This document shows positions 1 to 13,203 of a DNA stretch of 64,000 nt, piece after piece. Below the pieces are notes generated by a model. The model worked only from the letters and a program-made list of their open reading frames with translations, was not told the origin of the DNA and did no database searches. The translations under genes were made by a program, and so were the position numbers. Positions within the stretch are counted from its first letter, which is position 1, and the number at the start of each line of letters is the position of its first letter. Source of the DNA: Podarcis bocagei (Eukaryota); assembly GCA_964188305.1 (NCBI GenBank), contig OZ076885.1; one strand, 5' to 3'.

Positions 1-974
1 GCTGCCGCTTGCTGTGAGAGACAAGAGAAAAAAACACAGCCCTCCTTCTGTGGCTCCCAGTGGCAGTGGCAACATGGGGAGAGCAGGAAGGCTTGCAAAG
101 CCCATCTCAACCTTCTCATTTGCAGTCCACCTGCTGGGGCCAAGGAAAGAAAGCTGATTTGGGGTGATCTGTGAGGGAGGAGGTGGGTTTGGCGTGATCT
201 CTGAGGAGAGGTGATCTCAGACTCATAATACATTGACCACTACAACAAGAAATGGGTGAAGAAAGAGGCTTGCATACTGCAAGGGACCTCTGGGCATTGC
301 AAGAAAGAGCCATAACTCAGCAGTGGAGAAACACATTGCACCCACTCCATGTCCTCTGGGAAGGCCTGAGCTTTCCAGGTCTGGGAGGAAAACAGGTTGC
401 ATCCCCTATTAAGTATAGAACTTAATATTTTCCCCATAGTACTGAGTAGAAGCTATTATTTGATAGAAAGAAAACATATTTACTCAGGGTCAGGGACCAC
501 TGTTGCGCTTTGAAGGGACTGAGCAGGGTCACCCCGATAGATTTTTGCTGTCTCAAATGGCATCCACCCCACCCCCAATTGAGGTGCATAGTATCACAAG
601 ACTAGGTAAATTATTCTGAGAGCTGAAGCAGAAAATGCCTCTTCCTAGCAGTAAAAATTTAATGCTGGATGTGGTGCAACACTAAGGAAAAATTTCTCCC
701 CACTCCTACCTTGCAACCCTAGTCTATCCTGAGTTTTCCCAAACCCTCTGCAGTAGTTTTGGGGATGGCACAGAGGTCACACGGGGAAGGGAAAATCCCA
801 TCGTGCCAGCGCTAATCCTTGCACTAGTACAACTATTTAGTTGCAAACACTTCATAAGAAGAATAAAAACATAACAATTTGCTGCTCTTTTCTAACACCC
901 CAAATTAGCTGCCTGGGGTGACCAACTTGCTTTGCCTTGGGATATGGCTAATCCTAGGGCTGGCTTGTTTTATG

Positions 975-976
<2 letters not shown>

Positions 977-1008
<32 letters not shown>
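977..1008. repeat. (GT)16 microsatellite
   Basis: Perfect GT dinucleotide run. Confidence 0.97.
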
Positions 1009-1012
<4 letters not shown>

Positions 1013-1489
1013 CGCTTTTGCCAACAGTCCTGTTAATCACAGCCAGTTTAGTTTGTCTCATAGAACTCCTGTGTGCGCTCTCTCTCTCCCTTTTCCTCAC
1101 ACTTCTTCCTGTTCTATATTTAAAATGGGCTTCAAGAAACAGTGCCAATATGTATTTGAATACTAGTATGAAGCACAATTATCCCAAAAGCATTTAGAAG
1201 GCCTACATAAATCACACGTAGCTATTAGCAAATTGCATGCTAAACATTATGCTTCCTTCCCTTGAAACTCATTGAAGTAAGCTACTCCTGTTGCTGTTGC
1301 AAGGGAGGGGGGGTGTTGAAAAAGGCTAACTCTAACAAAGTCAGACTAGAATAAAGAATGTTTAAAACATGGGCGCTTTTGCCAGATCCATGAACAGTAC
1401 TCTGACAAAACAAAACAAAACAAAACTACAATTGGAGAGTACTTAACAGAAAACAAGAAAGGTGTGAAATCACTGTTTCAGCTAATAGA

Positions 1490-1720
1490 TCCCCGGCATT
1501 TGCATGAATATGTTTGCATATTGTTAGTTTCATATTTTAATCTTTCATTTGCACTGCACATGAACACCATTTATATTTTGCCAACTTCAAATATTAGTCA
1601 TTTGTGGATCACAGAGCAAAATGTTTTAAATGAGGTGATTTAACGCATTACTCATTATTAATGAACACTGATCAGGTGTTGGTGTATCCAAAATAAGCAT
1701 GAATATGCATAGCAAACAAG
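1490..1720. promoter_or_regulatory. Candidate enhancer with clustered POU/homeodomain motifs
   Basis: Octamer ATTTGCAT at 1498-1505 overlapping ATGAATATG, TTTGCATA, CATTATTAATG and GCATGAATATGCAT (~1697-1710), in transposon-free unique sequence. Function inferred only. Confidence 0.4.
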
Positions 1721-3437
1721 CAAGGGATTGTCTAGATTTATACCAGGAAGTTGTCTTTCTGATATGTGAAAAGAAACCAGGAGATGTCGTTTCTCATAAC
1801 GTGCGTTAACAAGAGGCAATCAGGTTTGGAATTATGGGACTGGATCACACAGCAGATAACCATTTCCCTTGGCTAAAATTGCCAACAAGTACGCTTGTTG
1901 GCTCTATATGATTGCCTTTTCAGCTGGAAAGGGTGACTAGAGGAGATTACAATCTGCTTTATGTAATCTGATTTCTATTTAAAGATGATATAGCTGAAAA
2001 GGATTTACATAATTATTTCTGTAAGTATGCATAATATCATGGGAAATCCAAGTCCATTTCAGTGAGGCACTGAAACCCAGTTGGTTTTGCTTCTTTTGTG
2101 GGGGTTTTTTGTGTGTGTTTTTTTGGAAAGTGGATTAAGGGACTAAGGGAGTCCTAGCTGCCTGACACTGTTGTGGACTTGGCTAGTTAATATTTTTCAC
2201 CTGCGATAGGCTGGGTTCAGCTGCTGTTGACTAAAAAAAAGCATTTTTGGCGACGCTCTTTGAGTTGGAGAAGATCAATAACAGAACAAAACGGCTAGCA
2301 TATGCTTCCTAACAATAATGTTCTAGTTATCCTAAAGACTTAATACGTATATCATTTAATTTTTCTGCTAAACAAACTGGTTCTGCTATGCAGCGTAGCA
2401 GCAAGTCTCGGTGACAGATGCTATGAAAGATGATTACATTAAAAAATAAATAAGTTAGGCTTTCTGTATGCTTTCAGCCTTCCTCACTATGTAACCTACT
2501 GTATAAACAGCATGATGAAAGATGGTGATTGATAGAAAATGTATTATACAGTGGCAGGAAGGAAAAGCTGGAGAGAGAAAATCCATTTGATTGCAAGACA
2601 TACCGGTTACAAAAAGAACAGCAAGTATTTTGTTTCAAGGTACAGAAATTAAAAGCAAAGTTATTTGTGACAATGTGGAGAAAGAGGTTACTGCACTGCT
2701 GAGCTAAGGTTCTGATAGCACTATGTGGCCTTGCTAATGTCTGTTGCCTTTCCCTGCCTCCTTCACACTCAGGAAAAATTAGCTACCCACCCTCTATCAG
2801 TGCTGCACAACCCTAGTCTAGTAGGACTTCTTTATGCTGTGGTGAGAAGATAATTTAATCTTCATATTCATTCTAGCCTCGGTATTAAGTGAGCAAAGGC
2901 TGCTCCATTGTGACAGGCTGTGAATGTTATGATATAGATTGCTGTTCAATAGCTTAAAAAAAGATTAAGAATTTAAAAAGTCACAGGATTTCCCCTTTCT
3001 TTTCTTCCCTCTCACTCCAGCCAACAATGGCTGCAATAAAAAAAAAAAGATTAATATTTAATTTTCTACTGCACCTGCCTGAGGGGAGATTTTAATGCCT
3101 TAAATGTTTTTCACATTGCAGTTAACTGGATGTATCTATGCACAAACAGATACTTGTTATTGATTTGTGTGGAAAGAAAAAGGCAGCAACAGTATTTGAG
3201 TCCAGGAATTTCGACTTCCCCGTTCCCTTACCTCTGCCTCCTCTTCTCCCTCCCCCCTCCCAATACTTTACTTTAATTAAAGAACAGTACCTCATTCATA
3301 TTGGTTAACTCCACAAAAAGTTTTTTTTTTTAAAAAAGAAACTCTTTGTGTCAGAATATAATTAAGAAATTTGTAAAAGGTTATCTATAAAAACTTATAC
3401 GGCCTGCTTCCTGAAGTTTTCTGGTTCCGCTTTTTAA

Positions 3438-3439
<2 letters not shown>

Positions 3440-3491
<52 letters not shown>
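3440..3491. repeat. (GT)26 microsatellite
   Basis: Perfect GT run. Confidence 0.97.
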
Positions 3492-3496
<5 letters not shown>

Positions 3497-5766
3497 CACA
3501 CCCCAAAATTCTGTCCAAATAGAGACTGGAACAATGCCTTGAAACAGCATTAATTGTCACCATGGAAACCAGAAGAATAAGCCATTTTGAAACTGGCCTA
3601 GAAGGCGCTCATTGAGCAACGAAAGCTTTTTCCCCCTGCCTCCCTCAGTGTTAAGAAACGAGATGCCTAGTCACTGAGAGGTCAAAGAAAGAAATCATCG
3701 CGTAAGGTTTGGAGGTGCCAGCTTCCTGGCAAACGGCATTAATTATAATAATAATAATTAATAATAACCATTATCAACTCTATGCCTTCCATAAAGATAC
3801 CAAGACTTCATTGCTTGGGCTTCCCGAAAGAGAAATGTCGCAAAAATGCTCAGGGCCAGGATACATATTCCCTCCCTGGAGTGAAACGTTAGGGCAATAT
3901 TATGCACCCCTTGCTCCTAAATCTCCCTGGGAATGCTGTTGTAATAAAACTTCAGAAGAGGAAAGGGGGGTGGGGAGAGGAAGGCTGCGCGATGGAATTC
4001 AAAATAATGCTCTAAAAGCACACACAGAGATTAAGACATCCATTGTAAGACTTTTGTATGGTGCTTCTGTTGGTTATAGTGAAAAGAGACGAGACATACT
4101 GAACACACAGGGATAGAAGAATTAAGCCAATGACCATTTCTCCATTACTGGAAGCAGGTTATATATTATTTGGATGGTGCCTCCTCTTTTTGACATTTTA
4201 TGCATTTACCCAATGCATTTAGGAATTAAGTGAGATGCTTTAGGTTTCACTCAGACCTTTATACTTCGAAAGTTTTTAAAGAGTTTCTCCTGCAGGAAAG
4301 CAAGTGCCAAACATAAACACACACGCACATATTATTTGAAAAAAACAAAACCCCCCAAAACAAACAACAAACAAACAACCACCCTCATCTCTACTGGCAA
4401 TAAAAATGTCTATTTGTAGATGCCATGTGGATACACTCTCTAATTATATTCTTAAATGTACATTGCATTAGAGCATACACATGCACGATATTGTGGTCTG
4501 TCATCTGTCTACATATACACTCATACTGTGCTTTCTGGCTAGTGTTTGTACGCTTCATGCCTAGGCTTCATGGTGGCCCCTTAGGAAGCCCATGCCTAAT
4601 GCCATTCATTGATGAACAAAGACTCCCTTTATTCCAAAGTCCAGGGTCCAAAGCTCAGCTGTATACATGCAGAGAGTGAAGGAATCTGCTAGAGGCCAGA
4701 CTACCCTTCACAACGGCTCTTAGACATTCACCTTTTTCGCAATACCAAAGCGAGACATTTACAAACAGTCCGGAGGCTTGGTTATATTTCATACACAGTC
4801 AATACAAGCGGAGTGTCTGGATGGTGTTCAGCTCCTTGGATTAGTGTTTCGTCTAGACAAATAGCAGCCATTAGTTCTTGCAAACTTCTTGCCTTCTCTT
4901 ACTATCAATTTATGGCAAATAATTGCACAGGGAAATTATAAAGACTCCTACAGTTGTCCTTGTAAATTAATAATAAGTTTCCTTGATTGGGATAAATTTG
5001 CTGCTGAGCCCTGAGAAAAAAAAATTATAATAAAAAAGTGCAATGTCATTTAAAATTGCCAGAACTCACACAGCAAATTACATCTGAGGCTAAGAATTCG
5101 TTTTCCTCTTCCAGTTTATTCCATTCACATGATCTAAAAATCACATTACTTTGGCCATGTATTGTTAATTGGACATAGATTGCATTATTTTTAATATAAA
5201 TCAAACTACAAATATTAAAATGAATTGCAAATCCCCTAATAGAAGATCATAAAACAATCTTTTTTTAAAGTATCTCTCATTAATAATTTAATTCCAATTA
5301 TATCACTCTGAAAACTCAAGGAGGAGACCAGTAACTTATTCCTATTTAGGTTCTCTTTTGAGAACAAATAATAATAAGGACCAAAACAAAACAAAAGAAA
5401 AAGAAAAACCCACAGCCTTATGTAAATAACCAAAGCTCAGTGATCCTGCTATTTATTGCAAAAATAAATAAATAAATAAAAGAAATGATTTTGTTTCAAG
5501 ACCAATCCTTCCTGTTTTTCATCTTAGCGCCCCTCCCCCCCCCCCCCGGTTATGTCACCAATATAATTCTAGGGAAGAAAAGCTCTTCTGATAACTTGAT
5601 GGACTCATTTTTATCTATAATAAAATATAAGATTTATACCAATCGCTCTGCTTTTTTGAAAGAAGGTGATCCAACCATTTAAATTTTTACTGTAACTGTA
5701 ATATCTTTTGTGCCCTTTAATGAGTTTATATTAAATATTTAATACTGTTTAGGGCATATCCAGTAC

Positions 5767-6090
5767 NNNNNNNNNNNNNNNNNNNNNNNNNNNNNNNNNN
5801 NNNNNNNNNNNNNNNNNNNNNNNNNNNNNNNNNNNNNNNNNNNNNNNNNNNNNNNNNNNNNNNNNNNNNNNNNNNNNNNNNNNNNNNNNNNNNNNNNNNN
5901 NNNNNNNNNNNNNNNNNNNNNNNNNNNNNNNNNNNNNNNNNNNNNNNNNNNNNNNNNNNNNNNNNNNNNNNNNNNNNNNNNNNNNNNNNNNNNNNNNNNN
6001 NNNNNNNNNNNNNNNNNNNNNNNNNNNNNNNNNNNNNNNNNNNNNNNNNNNNNNNNNNNNNNNNNNNNNNNNNNNNNNNNNNNNNNNNNN
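5767..6090. other. N-run (324 bp): assembly gap or masked sequence
   Basis: Run of N. Confidence 0.99.
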
Positions 6091-7878
6091 TAATTGAAGG
6101 CTGAAAATGCATGGAGCGAAGGCACAGGACTCTTCTCACCGTAATGTGTTAATGCAAAAAAATGTTTTCTTCAGAACTCTGGAGCACTGATATGAATCTT
6201 ATTGCAACAGCAGCAGCAGCAGCACAAATAACAGTGGATTTTAGCCAACAGCGGTGGGGGTGGGGGTGGGGGAGAAGGGACAGGAGTTTTATTAGGATTC
6301 TTTATTTCTAGACTAACAACTTCAACAATCCACTCAGAGTGCCAAAAGAATAACAAGTCTCCAGACACCTAATGTAATTCCCATGATCCTTTTGCTATTT
6401 AGGAGATCTGTCTTTAATTAGTTCCAAACAAGCAGCCTTTTAGACAACTCTTCATTAGATACCATTGCTCCTGAAATAACTGTACCAAAAAAAAAAAAAA
6501 AACCCAGTTGTACTCCAGTGTTATTATTTTCCCCTAGCTTCGAAGTTTCCTTGTTAGTATACAGTTAACATCTCCAGGTGCCTTTTGTTCTGAATAAGAA
6601 TTAGACCAGTAAAACTGGGTTTTGTTATGCAAAGGGTGGTATGCCTGGAGTGGGAACTAAAGTACAATCTGTTATTGCGGCTTTGTCAAAATGGCAACCA
6701 GCTATAATTATGGCACTTCATCAGTCAATCAAGTAATTTGTAGAAGGCAGTACATTTTGGCCCATAAAAGATGAGAAAGACAGTAAGCCGCTTTTTAAAA
6801 ACCCTTAACCGCTTGAGCCTGTTAAGGGTATATTATTGTTAGCTAATATGCTCATTAGAAGGCAAAAAATTCAGCTTCTTTTATTCGTACAGGAAATTAA
6901 GTTGTACAACTAGATTTACAATATCCTAAAGTTTATGCACTATTTCCAAATGCACGCCACACAACCGTTGAACTATTTAAAGTATTTAAACTGTAAAACT
7001 ATTTAAAAATTGGATCACCACCCCCACCCCATTCACGGAAATGTCCTCCAAATTTTCAAGCTGTTTGTTCATCTGTCAGCTTGAAATACATACATGCAAA
7101 AGCAATACAGTACTATGGAAGCATATGCATTTCTTAACACAGAGATACATTTCGACCCCATTAGTCTTTAAAGTAGCCCAAATGAGGCCAATAAAAATTG
7201 CCTCTGCAAACCACCATGACACAAGCTGGCCATAAACTTTGAGTATTTACCTGTCTTTATTAACTTAGGCTCTGTTCTTTTCCAACAGGTGTTAATAATG
7301 CCATTAATCACTCAATTAATTAGGTTCCAAATATTTATACATTTAACACATATTCTTAGGGTGGCCACTGGAGTTGTGCCCTGCTGTCATTGTTATATAG
7401 CAATTTTGCGTGTTCAAATCAGTTCACAAATACTACCTTAGAAATTATTACAACACCCCTGCAAGACATGTATCCATTATTATCATCACAGTGTGGAAAG
7501 CGGTGGTTAAACTGGGACTGGGTGGGAGATGGCAGCATATCTCAGCAAGGCACTTGAGGACGGATTTGAAAGAGAGATCTCTGAACTCACATTATTACCC
7601 CAGCTCTTTCCCCCCCTTTTAAGAATGGGGAAGTATAACAGAGCTGGAAACCCCGCCCCCATTTTCCCCAATCTAGAACGTATTTACACATGAGTAAACC
7701 ACATTTGTTCCCCTGGCACTTGCCTCTGAGTAAATGCAATTTAATTCGAGCCATTCTGTTCAGTTCCTCAAATTTAGCAAGTTCGATATGGAACAGTGAT
7801 TTGCATACAGAAATCTATTTCCATGATACTGCAATCAAGAGAATATACTTCTGTATATTTAAAAAAAGTATATTGTAT

Positions 7879-8106
7879 NNNNNNNNNNNNNNNNNNNNNN
7901 NNNNNNNNNNNNNNNNNNNNNNNNNNNNNNNNNNNNNNNNNNNNNNNNNNNNNNNNNNNNNNNNNNNNNNNNNNNNNNNNNNNNNNNNNNNNNNNNNNNN
8001 NNNNNNNNNNNNNNNNNNNNNNNNNNNNNNNNNNNNNNNNNNNNNNNNNNNNNNNNNNNNNNNNNNNNNNNNNNNNNNNNNNNNNNNNNNNNNNNNNNNN
8101 NNNNNN
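7879..8106. other. N-run (228 bp)
   Basis: Run of N. Confidence 0.99.
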
Positions 8107-8279
8107 CATCCTAATTTTGTGGCCAGGCTGGTTAGTTTCACAAACATAACTGAGACTTTAAAAGCAAAATAAGATATGAGGCAAGAAAGGGGACAGGAAT
8201 TCAGAGTAAAAACTTAAGCAGGCATGATGCGTTACTGTGGAGGCATGTGAGCAATTTGGAAGCAATCCAAATAAAAACC

Positions 8280-8412
8280 NNNNNNNNNNNNNNNNNNNNN
8301 NNNNNNNNNNNNNNNNNNNNNNNNNNNNNNNNNNNNNNNNNNNNNNNNNNNNNNNNNNNNNNNNNNNNNNNNNNNNNNNNNNNNNNNNNNNNNNNNNNNN
8401 NNNNNNNNNNNN
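8280..8412. other. N-run (133 bp)
   Basis: Run of N. Confidence 0.99.
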
Positions 8413-10919
8413 ATGGTAGTTATTCAGCGACAAGGTTTTTAAATGCTTTCACCCAGCTTTATCACTATAAATACAGATTTTAAGCAAATTCACTTGTACA
8501 AATCTACACTCCCGCTTTATTCCGGAGGCTGCCCACTTGAAGCAAATAAACCAACTTTATTTACAGTATAAATGGATATAGTGTTTTGGTTTAGTTTTGA
8601 TATCTGTATTTGTTCAGTGTAAGAGGGAGAGGAAATCTATCCCAGCAGAACAGTCATAAATTGTCTATTTGCCTAGATGCGTGGGAATTTTAATTGATCG
8701 CTAATTTATGTTGAGATCCGACTTCATGATCTTCAGGAAGACCGTTTTTGTTGCACTAATAACTAATGAGGACATATTGCCAAAACACCATTTTGATCAG
8801 TGGGCTGGTTTGGATCCTTGAGCAAGTCTATAGATGCTCTGGTGCACAAGATGGCTCTCATTGTACCCAGCACTGCAAGTACCGCTTCTTGGCAGTGACA
8901 TATGCATGTGCAGTTAAACAAAGAATGTGCCTCCATGTTGATGTGAATCATTGCCAGGAAGTAGCACCTGTAACCATGGATATGCTAGTTCAAAGGTTAC
9001 TTCCTCTACGCAGCTCCCCCCTACAGTGCTACTTGCATGGAGCAATTTCAATCATCTGAACAAGCCCAAAGACATGAGACAGTTTAATAATACTTTCATC
9101 AGAGGAGACAGACTCATACTTTACCTGCAATGGCACAAACCACAGGTTGTGCTATCACAAGTGGCACAGGCTTGGAGCGTATTCTCATGAGTTTAAAAGG
9201 TTTTTATTGCTTTGTAATGCGAATGTAAAACCCATACTGGCCAAACTGTTCCTTCACATTACAAATCTGTTTTCTTCTTTGCATTACCAATGGTCACACA
9301 TTCACATAAATGGGGTGAGTGGGGCAAGGAAGGACAGGAAAGGCACAGAGGCAATTTAAAGCTCACATATGAAAACGTTCTCAGAGATTGATCCATTAGA
9401 TTCCACAAATCTCTGCATTTTGTATTAATTCTCTGCAAATATTACTACCAAAGAATATCACCTCTATTTTCCACCCATTACACAGGCAGATTTTGCATGT
9501 TTCAAACACATACACAATATTCCTTATACCTTATTCAAATTGCCTGCATACATTTGCATGGTTTATGCAAATGTATGTATTTCTTAACCTAGCTGCTGTG
9601 CGAGAGAAAATATATTTAAATAAGAAATAAAATAAATAATATGTGCATAGGGGCATCCTGACCCAAACTGAGCAATAAGCATTTAGGCCTACCCCAAAGA
9701 AGCTATTATGTCACATGCAGAGACCACTTGGGAATCATTGCTAACTATGGAAGTCACTTTATCCACAATTCACCTGAGTGGCTTGTAGGTTTTTCAAACA
9801 ACCTATTCCAATGGAATGCTATGGAATGAGATATTTCTGCTACACTAGCATCTATTTAAAATATTACAATTTTAAGGCTCTTGTGTTTTAAAAAAACAAC
9901 ACCTTGAACTTTTTCTTACCACCAAGATGTTTGCAACTAGGCATCCAGATGTTTGGCTTTCAGTAACATTCATATTTGCAGAAACATGAAACTTTTGAGA
10001 AAGAAAATACATGCAATATGGATTATATTAGTGGCTTTTTACCACTGAATTGATATGTTTTCCAAAAGAAGAAAATGTTAAAAGTGAGACACAATATGAT
10101 GCAGATCTCAACATTTTAAAATAATCACAGTGTTTAGTACCAAAAATCTGGTTTCCTGACTTGCTGGAACAGACCCAAAGACAGCAGCACTAGGTACAAG
10201 AGTCCTAACACTTTGGGGCGATAACATATTATTTTCCCCTGGCGCTGACAGGCAACCACAGCCCAAGTGAGGACACAATAGATTCTTATCTATGCATTGG
10301 TGGTGCGATAGATTACATAGACAATCATCGCATGCCTGTTCACATGTGGGGTGGGATTGGTTGTGCAATCTGCTACAACACAAATGCAGTAGGGCAAAAT
10401 ATAAATATTGCCTTCCATCCACCTGTAGAACATTACCAGGCTTCCTCATGACTGTATTTTTCTGCCTATGTCATTAAGAAAATAAAAGCTAGAATTTTCC
10501 AATAGTCAATATTGTATGAAAACCAGCATCCATCCCACTCACCCTAAAATGAAGATGTTCATAATCTGGGGATTAAAAAGCAAGCTCATTAATGTTCTTG
10601 CAACAGGTATAATAGGAATGACAACCTGAAAAGACAGCCTGTAATGCAGATCAGTTTCGTGCAAAAGCATTTCTCTCCATCAGATAGAGAGGTGGGGTAA
10701 GACTGTATGCATACATGCTGAAGTTGTAAGGAACTGACTCCTCAGGGATGAGTCTTGGTGCCATAAGATAGACCATAGGATAGGAAACAATGGGTGTATA
10801 TTGAATTGCTGCATCCTATTTGTGCAGCAGGCTTCCTGTTGTGCAAATGGGACACAACCCTTCCTCTCCTCTTCTCTGCAGCCCCACATGCCCCGAAAAT
10901 CTGCTCTGGACGGCTAGCC

Positions 10920-11218
10920 TGTCAGAGAAATTTCAGAAATTATAAAATAAAAACCAACACGTATTGAGAAGGACTGAGCAAGTGAAGGCTGGAGTGTGAA
11001 TGCTGTGTTTGCAAGAGAACCACAAGAGAAGGACAAAGTAGCCCATAAGCAGGAGAAACCGTTGGAGGAGGAAGGAGATGACGATGAAGGATAAAGGCTG
11101 TTGCTATGTCAGAAGGCTGTTGCTATACAACATGACTTAGCCAGACAGAATAGCTGTTACTTCCTCGCTGTCTAAAGCTGGGATGGGGGTGGGCTCAAGT
11201 GGCGTCCATTGCAATGAC
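10920..11218. mobile_element. Possible solo LTR
   Basis: ~300 bp bounded by TGTCA...TGACA with an internal duplication (AAGGCTGTTGCTAT x2); appears to split an older palindromic element. No clear TSD. Confidence 0.3.
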
Positions 11219-11256
11219 AAGTAAACATCCCTCCAGACGGAACCCACAGATTATTG

Positions 11257-11616
11257 GGTAAGGTAAAGGTAAAGGAGACCCCTGACCATTAGGTCCAATC
11301 GTGGCCGACTCTGGGGTTGCGGTGCTCATCTCGCTTTATTGGCCAAGGGAGCCAGCGTACAGCTTCCGGGTCATGTGGCCAGCATGACTAAGCCGCTTCT
11401 GGCGAACCAGAGCAGTGCATGGAAACGCCATTTACCTTCCCGCCGGAGCAGTACCTATTTATCTACTTGCACTTTGACATGCTTTCGAACTGCTAGGTTG
11501 GCAGGAGCAGGGACCAAGCAACGGGAACTCACCCCGTCACAGGGATTCAAACCGGCGACCTTCTGATCGGCAAGTCCTAGGCTCTGTGGTTTAACCCACA
11601 GTGCCACCCACATCCC
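11257..11616 (-). mobile_element. Sauria SINE, full length
   Basis: Reverse complement starts GGGATGTGGGTGGCACTGTGGGTTAAACC (tRNA-derived head with A/B boxes), has the Sauria core and ends in an (ACCTTT)n tail; flanked by a 29-bp TSD. Confidence 0.95.
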
Positions 11617-13117
11617 GACTGAACCCACAGATTATTATTATCCAGACTGAACCCACAGATTATTGGGTATTGAACCCCAATATGACACCAACAGGGGGAA
11701 CCTTTGGATCACATGGTGTTTGTGTGGGTGTTTGTAGGAGGGAGGAGAGGAAAGGGAGTCTGCTGGTGAGACACTGAATGTTGCCCTTTAAAATTTACTA
11801 CGTCTAGTTAAGAACTGCCAGGTCTGGAATCTGCATGCCAGTTTGGACTCATGATGTGGACTCAGTTCATGTGGACAGAATCTGAATTTGCAGCAGATAC
11901 TCATAATTAGGGCTTAAGGCTGAAACTCATGCACAGGAGCTCATCTTGAGGAGTTTCAAGGTAAGAAGATGACAAACTGACGACATGCAATGGCAGGAAA
12001 GATTCAGGACAGGACAGATTAAGCATGAAGGCTTCCCAAATGCCAAGCAGAAAGAAGTACTTTATAGGCCAAAATGGAAGAAAGGAAGGAAGAGTTGGAA
12101 GACAACTTCAAACTGGAAGAATAAAATTGTAGAGTTGGAAGGGAAGGATGCCAAATTTAAATCTCTGTTGTAGAAGCAGACCCAGATGAGTTCAGCAAGC
12201 AGAGGAAGAAATAGTGGTATAGCGAACTCCCCTCATATTCCAGCAGCTGTACTGCAAACAAGCAACAGCAGTGATTTTAGTTAAATTAGGACTCTCACCC
12301 ATGGTACATGACATGAGGAAGTTCTGCAGTATTTCAGTACAAAGAATATGCCTAGACTTGCATATGTCACACCATTTTAAGATGACAGGTAAACTAGAAA
12401 TTAGTATGATTTGTGTCTTAATGCTATACTAATACCATCTGAATATCTTAGTGGAGGCACACCTGTTTCTTTGTTTTAAGTATGCGGTGTGTGTTTGGGC
12501 CAAACGAGCAGTGACATAAAACATGTGATTGCATTTAATATATCTAGTTTATTTCTTCTAAATAAAAGCAGGGGCGGAGAGGCCAGGATTGGGGATGTGG
12601 TTCGTGGGGAATGGAGGTGTAATCTGTCCCACTCGCTGCAGTCCTGATAAATATCCCTCACTCAAAGATGTGATTAGCCCTGGGAGGGAAGCTCCCATTA
12701 GCCTCTCCTCCCTCCCATAATGGCTGTTATAATAAAAATAACAGGCATGTTAAATGCACCTTTAAAGTCTCAACTACCTGGGCCCTTTGTGGTTATGCTT
12801 CTGACAGGTATAAGAGGTAAGAGAAAACAGATACATCTAGGAAAATCTGAACATCCATCAGTTGCTCATGTAACATTGATAAAGTTCACAAAACAAACAC
12901 AACACATGAGCCAACCAAAGTTAAGCGTTTCAAAGTCCCCATCCCACATTTATTCCAAATGATACGAATTTAAGGACATGATTAACATTCTAATGGAAAT
13001 CAATGGGACTTCACAGCATTTGATTCTAACGGCACAGTGCTCCAATGGAGGGGGGGGGGGGAAAGGCTGAGAATGATGCTTTTTACTCCAATTTGACAGT
13101 TATGAGTCTTTCAATAA

Positions 13118-13203
13118 GGTTGCAGTCTTAATACTTTCCAGGGAATAAGCCCTATGGAAAACAGTGGGACTTACTTCTAAGTGAGCATGCACAGGATTGT
13201 ACT
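13118..13203. mobile_element. Short hairpin MITE
   Basis: GGTTGCAGTC...GGATTGTAC ends and a CAGTGGGACTTACTTCT core shared with 21613-21697. Confidence 0.6.

Noticed and set aside
918-1197. ORFs with CVCVCV/HTHTHT runs (also 3381-3563, 43390-43656)
   Set aside because: Translations of GT microsatellites.
5726-8483. ORFs spanning N-runs
   Set aside because: Open only because N cannot encode a stop.
11985-12173. Lys-rich 62-aa ORF in a purine-rich tract
   Set aside because: No recognisable domain or splice context; probably decayed repeat.
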